This document shows positions 7,868 through 13,314 of a DNA stretch of 13,314 nucleotides, in pieces (position 1 is the first letter of the stretch; each line of letters begins with the position of its first letter). Both the position numbers and the translations under genes were made by a program. Below the pieces are notes generated by a model that saw only the letters and a program-made list of their open reading frames with translations, had not been told where the DNA came from and made no database searches. The DNA is from Candidatus Cloacimonadota bacterium (GTDB lineage: Bacteria; Cloacimonadota; Cloacimonadia; Cloacimonadales; WRIO01). The stretch is from the NCBI GenBank assembly GCA_029564175.1, contig JAKQQL010000395.1, forward strand, positions 1 to 13,314, given 5' to 3'.

Positions 7868-8629
7868 TTACAGACGTCCCAAAATATGCATCAATTTGAG
7901 CTTCCATACCATATAAATAGCTTCATGAATAATCTTTTTTGACATCTTAGACTGACCACTTCTGCGATCAGTAAAGACTATAGACATCTCTTTAATCTTG
8001 AAATGATTCACCCATGCTCTGAAATTGATCTCAATCTGGAAAGAATATCCATCTGCCATGATCTCATCAAGCTTTATCTTTTTTAAGACTTTACTTCTAA
8101 TGCATTTGAAACCGCCGGTAGGATCTTTGATTGGCATACCTGTAATAAACTGAACATATTTGGATGCCATAAAGCTTAGAATCAGACGTGACAGAGGCCA
8201 GTTAACCACATTGATACCACTGATATATCTGGAGCCAATAACGACATCATATTTATCAGAAAGCTTAATCATTTGGGGAATCATTGCCGGATCGTGAGAG
8301 AAGTCAGCATCCATTTGAATAATCGCATCATAGTTCTCTTTCAGCGCATATTGAAAGCCTTCTACATAAGCAGTGCCTAATCCGTTTTTTCCAGGTCTTT
8401 TCAGTAAGAATATCCGTTTGTCAACTGCCTGCATTTCCAATACTTTATCTGCTGTTTTATCAGGAGAATTATCATCAACAATCAGGATATTTAAATCCAA
8501 TATACTCTGAATCGCCTGCTCATCTTCAGACATGCCAAATGCACGGCCGGATTGTTCTAACACCGCCTTAATCATTGATTCAATATTATCAATCTCATTA
8601 TAAGTCGGTATAATCACTAAATATTTCAT
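7868..8629 (-). CDS. Polyprenol monophosphomannose synthase-like GT2 (DPM1-like, soluble)
   Basis: IIPTYNE, VDDNSPD, GLGTAY..GF, QMDADFSHDP, GSRY..G, D.TGGF, GYSFQIE, F.DR..G.SKMS. Confidence 0.93.
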   Translation of the reverse strand: MKYLVIIPTYNEIDNIESMIKAVLEQSGRAFGMSEDEQAIQSILDLNILIVDDNSPDKTADKVLEMQAVDKRIFLLKRPGKNGLGTAYVEGFQYALKENYDAIIQMDADFSHDPAMIPQMIKLSDKYDVVIGSRYISGINVVNWPLSRLILSFMASKYVQFITGMPIKDPTGGFKCIRSKVLKKIKLDEIMADGYSFQIEINFRAWVNHFKIKEMSIVFTDRRSGQSKMSKKIIHEAIYMVWKLKLMHILGRL

Positions 8630-8646
8630 TGTTAGTCCTTTTTAAA

Positions 8647-9405
8647 TCACTTTTTATCCAGATTGTTTTCCAGTAACTGCGTATCAGGCACACTTCTAAA
8701 ATATCGTGCTGGATTGCCTGCCCATATTTCTTTTTCTGGTATATCCTTCGTTACCACAGAAGCAGCTGCAACCAGACAATCTTCTCTCAGTACTCTTCCT
8801 GGCAGAATGCTGGAACCAACACCAATCCGTGCTCCTTTTTTCATGGTAATCCCTTTGAAATGATTATAACGTTCTTTATCTCTGGCTGCATAATTATCAT
8901 TACTGGTAGATACACAGGGAGCTATAAAACAGTAATCTTCAATCTCAGAATATGCAGTCAGATATACGTTTGTTTCCAGTTTGTTACGACTACCTATCGT
9001 ACAATAGTTCTCAACAGATACACCTCTTCCGATGATATTGTAGTCTTTTATCCTGACATTTTCACGAATTGATGCCATATCTGCAATGAGGTTGTGAGCG
9101 CCAATCTCACATTGAACATAAATAATTACATTCGCACCTATCAGACATTCATCCCCGATAATCGTTGGAGACCATTCCTGCTGTGCTTTAAAGATACTAC
9201 GAGGAGAAAACATTGGTTTTTTACCAATAATAGTATTATCATCAATACGGCATGATGAACCTATTTTTACGTTTTCATGGATAACAACATTGTGCCCGAT
9301 GATACAATGATCGCCAATTTCAACATGATCCATGATAACAACATTATAACCTAATGAGACATTCTCACCGATTTTCGCATTCTGAGAAATGATCTGATTC
9401 ATCAT
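8647..9405 (-). CDS. Hexapeptide-repeat (left-handed beta-helix) N-acyltransferase, WbpD/WlbB-like sugar N-acetyltransferase
   Basis: Many [IV]G hexapeptide repeats, FIAP.V.TSND, GARIG..S.ILPG, V.A.SVVTKD, WAGNPAR. The start may be the second ATG at 9402. Confidence 0.88.
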   Translation of the reverse strand: MMNQIISQNAKIGENVSLGYNVVIMDHVEIGDHCIIGHNVVIHENVKIGSSCRIDDNTIIGKKPMFSPRSIFKAQQEWSPTIIGDECLIGANVIIYVQCEIGAHNLIADMASIRENVRIKDYNIIGRGVSVENYCTIGSRNKLETNVYLTAYSEIEDYCFIAPCVSTSNDNYAARDKERYNHFKGITMKKGARIGVGSSILPGRVLREDCLVAAASVVTKDIPEKEIWAGNPARYFRSVPDTQLLENNLDKK

Positions 9406-9476
9406 TACCTACTTTCTAAAGGTATTTTTATACTAAAATCTTTGGCATTTTCATATTGTCAAGCTTCTTTAAAAGT

Positions 9477-11168
9477 CTATTTCAAAATCAGTATCTTTTT
9501 AAGTTGAGATTCATTGGAGGACTCCATTTTTAAAAAATAGATACCGCTTGCTAATTCATTGGTATTTAGAGTGTAAGAGACCTGAGAAATACCAGACCCG
9601 ATTCGTTTCTCTTCAAAATGAGTGATTTTTTGTCCTTTTACATTAAAAATGGATAATTTGTAATTTGAATCCTTTTTTGAGTTAATTTCTATATTGATCT
9701 GCTTTTTTTCAGAGATTTTGAATGGATTGGGATAAGCCTTAAATCTAAAATCAGCTAATGGTTGTAGAGTGTCATCATTTGAGTCAGGCTGATTTTGCCA
9801 GTAAAAGACCATATTTGGATAATTTCCCCAATTGCTGACTGCTATATCTTTCTTATCTGACCACTGATAATAAATCTGAAACAGGCTATCATCAGCCGGT
9901 GAAAAAGAAACACTGAGCGATCCGTTTTCAAGAAAGCCGGCATAATGATTCAGATTGAGCTTACTTCCACCATAATAAACTGAATCTATTGCATTTAAAT
10001 GTTTATGAGGCAAGTTGTAAAACTGTATTCCGGATTGACCTGCAAATTCATACATCTGATGATGAATCCCATCCAGATTAGCATCTGATAGGGCTATCCT
10101 CTCAACTACTGACTCAGTATTAGAAACCCAGTCAGACAAAAACGAGAAGATGCCATTATCATTTTGATAAAAGTGAAGCGGAGTCCACCAACCCCCAGCG
10201 ATCAAATGATCAAAACCATTTTCTGCGTAACTGAACAGTTCAATACCAGAGCCATAATCGTTGTAATCAGAAACCCACACAGGACTATCTCCCAGTTGTC
10301 CCTGATTGTTCTGATATATTTTAAAGTGACCGGATTGTGCCATCTGATTATTATCAGAGACTGCCAGATCAATATAGGAGTCATTGTTGATATCACCCAG
10401 AGACAAAGAGTTAGCATTACAGAGAGTATCTGATGAATTCCAGGAAGCCTGTGTTTCCAGAATGCCATTATAGTTAAAATAGACTTGATTTGATTGTAAA
10501 GAATTCACAAAAACCAGATCAGGATACCCATTATGATCAAAATCTGCAAAATTGACATCATAAGAGCAATCTGCACGGTTACTTTTCCATGAAGGTAAGT
10601 TTTCAAAAATAGTGCCTGTATTGAGATAGACACGATTAGAATCTGGCTGATTATAATAAGATTCACCGGTAGCAACAGCTAGATCAGGCTTTGCGTCCAG
10701 ATTGATATCTACCAATTTACAAGAAAAAGTATAAAACCGGTCTTCTGAAATCCAATCAGGACTTGAACTCAGAGTGCCTTGATTGTTCAAATACAGTTTA
10801 ACTTTACCTTTACTGTTAAAGCCAGTTTCACCAATATAAACTGAGACGACAATATCCGGAAATCCGTCTCCATTGACATCTCCAGTATCCAAATGACCAT
10901 GGTAGTCAATATCATCAGACATCCAGCCAATAGATTGTGATAAACCCTGAGGGCTGTTATAATAAACAACCAGCCTTTGCCTTGCCATATCATTGCCATT
11001 GGCGATAACCAGGTCAGGGTAAGTATCTTGATTGATATCAGACCAGATACATCCGGTAGAATACTGATTGCTGTCGCTGGAAATCCAGTCAGGATCAGGG
11101 TGATAAGGTACAGTAGCGTTTAAAGTCAGAAAAGTGAGGAGTAACATCGCTAATAAATATCTTAACAT
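9477..11168 (-). CDS. Secreted FG-GAP repeat beta-propeller protein with C-terminal T9SS type A-like sorting domain, 563 aa
   Basis: Start moved to ATG 11168 (GGAGG at complement 11173-11177, followed by signal peptide MLRYLLAMLLLTFLTLNA). Seven W-x-S blades with D-x-N-x-D-G-x-x-D type calcium loops. C-terminal YPNPF...IFNVKGQKI...LASGIYFLKM...KKILILK. Confidence 0.9.
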   Translation of the reverse strand: MLRYLLAMLLLTFLTLNATVPYHPDPDWISSDSNQYSTGCIWSDINQDTYPDLVIANGNDMARQRLVVYYNSPQGLSQSIGWMSDDIDYHGHLDTGDVNGDGFPDIVVSVYIGETGFNSKGKVKLYLNNQGTLSSSPDWISEDRFYTFSCKLVDINLDAKPDLAVATGESYYNQPDSNRVYLNTGTIFENLPSWKSNRADCSYDVNFADFDHNGYPDLVFVNSLQSNQVYFNYNGILETQASWNSSDTLCNANSLSLGDINNDSYIDLAVSDNNQMAQSGHFKIYQNNQGQLGDSPVWVSDYNDYGSGIELFSYAENGFDHLIAGGWWTPLHFYQNDNGIFSFLSDWVSNTESVVERIALSDANLDGIHHQMYEFAGQSGIQFYNLPHKHLNAIDSVYYGGSKLNLNHYAGFLENGSLSVSFSPADDSLFQIYYQWSDKKDIAVSNWGNYPNMVFYWQNQPDSNDDTLQPLADFRFKAYPNPFKISEKKQINIEINSKKDSNYKLSIFNVKGQKITHFEEKRIGSGISQVSYTLNTNELASGIYFLKMESSNESQLKKILILK

Positions 11169-11220
11169 ATTACCTCCGATACTCATGAACAAAGCATGAA
11201 AGAATACATTTAACCAGCTA

Positions 11221-11281
11221 TTTTCTGCAAGCAAGATGCTCGCAGTACGATTTTTTTCTGCAAGCAAGATGCTCGTCGTAC
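11221..11281. repeat. Two 28-bp direct repeats (period 33) with palindromic REP-like core
   Basis: TTTTCTGCAAGCAAGATGCTCG(CA/TC)GTAC at 11221-11248 and 11254-11281. Confidence 0.9.
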
Positions 11282-11310
11282 ATGAGTTGCGATGTCGTTG
11301 TAACGTAAGC

Positions 11311-11412
11311 TACCAGCTTGTGAAAGAAAAGGTTCTGAAACAAGCAGGTTGCTTGTCGTACTACCAGCTTGCGAAAGAAAAGGTTCTGAAACAAGCAAGT
11401 TGCTTGTCGTAC
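11311..11412. repeat. Tandem 51-bp duplication with the same REP-like palindromic core
   Basis: TACCAGCTTG(T/C)GAAAGAAAAGGTTCTGAAACAAGCA(G/A)GTTGCTTGTCGTAC at 11311-11361 and 11362-11412, two mismatches; hairpin ACAAGCA-NGT-TGCTTGT. Confidence 0.92.
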
Positions 11413-11430
11413 GAGAGTTGCTTCACCACA

Positions 11431-12363
11431 CTATAAATTGATTTTCTCGCGAACAGATATGTTTTTCATTTTATTATGCTTACGATTCTGATTCACCAGC
11501 AGTTCTCCAATTAAACCGATTGATATAAACTGAACGCCTACCACCATCAGTACAACCGCAAAAAAGAGAATAGGTCTGTTTGATAAGTAAGCTAAATGAA
11601 ATATACGCAAAACAAAGAGGTACATCATTACCACAAAACCAATAAATGACATTAAAGTACCAATACCACCAAACAGGTATAATGGACTACGGGAATAATC
11701 GGTAACCAGTTTTACAGTCATCAAATCAAGATAACCTCTCAGATAGCGTTCAATACCAAATTTTGATTTTCCATACTGTCTTGCACGATGTTCAACGCTG
11801 ATTTCCTTGATCTTGAAACCTTTCGCTTTTGCCAGCGCAGGGATATACCGGTGCATCTCTCCATAGACATCAATTTCTTTAATGACTTGTTTACGGTATG
11901 CTTTAAAACCGCAATTGTAATCATGGAGCTTCAGTTTAAACGTATGAGACGTAACGGCATTAAAAAGCTTTGAAGGCAATGTTTTTGAGATGGGGTCATA
12001 TCTTTTTTGTTTCCAACCGGTTACCATATCAAACCCATTCTCAATTTCCTGTATAAAGCGTGGGATTTCTATTGGATTATCCTGCAGATCTGCATCCATT
12101 GTAAACACAATATCACCTTCAGCTTCTTCAAAACCAACCTGTAAAGCAGATGATTTACCAAAGTTTTTTCTAAACACAATGACTTTGACATTTTTATCTT
12201 TTACCGCTAATTCCTTCATCACCTGCAGCGTGTTATCTGTACTCCCATCGTCAATAAAAATAATTTCATAAGCCCAGTCTTTAATCTGACTGAGAATTTC
12301 CTGATACAGAATTTTAATACTATCTTCTTCATTTAATGCCGGTATTATAAATGTTAATTTCAC
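11431..12363 (-). CDS. GT2 polyprenol-phosphate glycosyltransferase (ArnC/GtrB-like) with two C-terminal TM helices
   Basis: GTG start with RBS GAGG (complement 12369-12372); IIPALNE, IDDGSTD, RKNFGKS.AL..GF, TMDADLQD.P, HDYNCGFKAYR, YGEMHRYIP, H.AR..G.SK; two hydrophobic C-terminal helices. Confidence 0.94.
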   Translation of the reverse strand: MKLTFIIPALNEEDSIKILYQEILSQIKDWAYEIIFIDDGSTDNTLQVMKELAVKDKNVKVIVFRKNFGKSSALQVGFEEAEGDIVFTMDADLQDNPIEIPRFIQEIENGFDMVTGWKQKRYDPISKTLPSKLFNAVTSHTFKLKLHDYNCGFKAYRKQVIKEIDVYGEMHRYIPALAKAKGFKIKEISVEHRARQYGKSKFGIERYLRGYLDLMTVKLVTDYSRSPLYLFGGIGTLMSFIGFVVMMYLFVLRIFHLAYLSNRPILFFAVVLMVVGVQFISIGLIGELLVNQNRKHNKMKNISVREKINL

Positions 12364-12376
12364 ATGAGCCTCTTTT

Positions 12377-13009
12377 TTAGAATAACAGACGGAAGATATT
12401 GTCTGAATATTCTATATTTTCGGGTAACATAATATAGACTAAAATCATCACTAAGCCTGATATTACAGGTATTCTGACATTGTCATCCACAGGCAGGTTT
12501 ATCAGTTCAGCAACTGTTGCGCCTAATGCACCAAAAAATGCAATGACAGGATTGATATAAAACAGAGCGAAGATAAATGTACTAACAAAGCAGGCAATCG
12601 CTCCTTCAAGGCTTTTTTTAACGAAAGTAAATTTTCTTTTACCAAAACTGATACCTATCAAAGCGGCAAAAGTGTCTCCAATTGATAAAAAACTCATCGA
12701 CAGAAAGGCGATATCCTTAGGGAAAAAAGCAATACAAAATATTGAAGCCGTTAACAAGAAGGAAGCACCGCTAAAATTTCTCAACTCATGTTTTCTGAGC
12801 ATGATACCAAAAGCCGCATAGAAAAGCTTTCTGAATGACCTGTTTTCCAGTCTGAAATACTCAACACTAATTGATACTACCGCTAATGACAATAGAATCA
12901 AAAGCGAGTTTTGTTTGTCATAATTCATCACATATCGGTAAAATAAGGGAATGGAGATTGAGCTGACATGAATACTCTTACGTAACAGTTCTTTGGTTCG
13001 TTTTTCCAT
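12377..13009 (-). CDS. SEC59/DGK1/VTE5 family CTP-dependent polyprenol (dolichol/phytol/diacylglycerol) kinase
   Basis: E..RK.IH, R.HE, GD..AA.IG..FG, KKSLEG, AE......DDN..IP; multiple TM helices. Confidence 0.88.
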   Translation of the reverse strand: MEKRTKELLRKSIHVSSISIPLFYRYVMNYDKQNSLLILLSLAVVSISVEYFRLENRSFRKLFYAAFGIMLRKHELRNFSGASFLLTASIFCIAFFPKDIAFLSMSFLSIGDTFAALIGISFGKRKFTFVKKSLEGAIACFVSTFIFALFYINPVIAFFGALGATVAELINLPVDDNVRIPVISGLVMILVYIMLPENIEYSDNIFRLLF

Positions 13010-13011
13010 AA

Positions 13012-13314
13012 CTACCAGTCGAATTTGATTCTGGATACAAGGAATGATGTAGCCATTTTTGCTAAAAGAATCGGATCTTCTTTCAGCGCTTCTTTAAAGA
13101 GAGAATACATGGTAAACTTATCAGGGTCAACTGATTTTGCAGCCCTGACTATACTGTTGAATTTATTGTCATCCATTTTCATAAAATTATTTTTAACTGA
13201 ATACATAAATCGTTGATTAACACCTAAGGTCTTATCCCATCTCTTTTCATATTCATTTAATGACTTTTTACTGAAGTCGCCATTTTTAAGTGCTTTAGCG
13301 CAAGTTTCGCCACA
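13012..13314 (-). CDS. C-terminal part of a geranylgeranyl reductase family flavoprotein (archaeal digeranylgeranylglycerophospholipid reductase-like); 5' end lies beyond the window
   Basis: The frame of ORF 13012..13206 stays open to the window edge and reads CGETCAKALKNGDFSKKSLNEYEKRWDKTLGVNQRFMYSVKNNFMKMDDNKFNSIV..., matching the G...A.A...GD.S...L..YE..W....G tail of GGR-family enzymes. The FAD-binding motifs are outside the window. Confidence 0.75.
   Translation of the reverse strand, partial: CGETCAKALKNGDFSKKSLNEYEKRWDKTLGVNQRFMYSVKNNFMKMDDNKFNSIVRAAKSVDPDKFTMYSLFKEALKEDPILLAKMATSFLVSRIKFDW

Noticed and set aside
11169..11267. 33-aa N-terminal extension of the FG-GAP protein in the ORF track
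   Set aside because: It starts inside the repeats; the ATG at 11168 has GGAGG and directly begins a signal peptide.
11221..11412. Possible mini CRISPR array
   Set aside because: Spacing between cores is irregular (33, 80, 51 nt), the intervening sequences are themselves duplicated rather than unique, and no cas gene is present in the window.
11210..11436. ORFs 11210..11398 (-) and 11236..11436 (+)
   Set aside because: They are translations of the repeat cluster with duplicated peptides and no RBS.
13012..13206. Stand-alone 64-aa protein
   Set aside because: The frame is open to the window edge; this is the tail of a longer reductase gene.
2788..13216. Remaining short ORFs antisense to or out of frame within long genes (e.g. 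2788..3021, 3326..3511, 4549..4776, 6621..6893, 10164..10433, 11990..12271, 13025..13216)
   Set aside because: All lie within well-supported genes and show no motifs; the poly-Pro in 2788..3021 simply mirrors the poly-Gly of GerW.

Overview
AT-rich bacterial chromosomal window. The C-terminal sorting domain style (YPNPF...IFNVKGQKI...ASGIYF...KKILILK), an archaeal-type geranylgeranyl reductase and an archaeal-type MobB suggest an FCB-group anaerobe such as Candidatus Cloacimonadota (inference). From left to right: (1) a self-contained + strand cassette of three small unknown genes (92-953) with a strong RBS, two overlapping alternative hairpins, a holin-like last gene and an intrinsic terminator; (2) a secreted M14 zinc carboxypeptidase plus a small 4-TM protein (- strand); (3) GerW/YtfJ-family and MobB genes (+); (4) a hybrid sensor kinase (-); (5) an acyltransferase / polyprenol-phosphate GT2 / rlmD operon (-); (6) a secreted 7-blade FG-GAP protein with an inserted domain; (7) a cluster of REP-like palindromic repeats; (8) the end of an operon with a geranylgeranyl-reductase-like gene (cut by the window edge), a SEC59/DGK1/VTE5-type polyprenol kinase and a second GT2. 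The best leads are the putative dolichol-like or archaeal-type isoprenoid lipid operon and the three-gene phage-like cassette. No rRNA, tRNA, CRISPR array or transposase is supported. All family calls come from motif recognition by eye, not from database searches.
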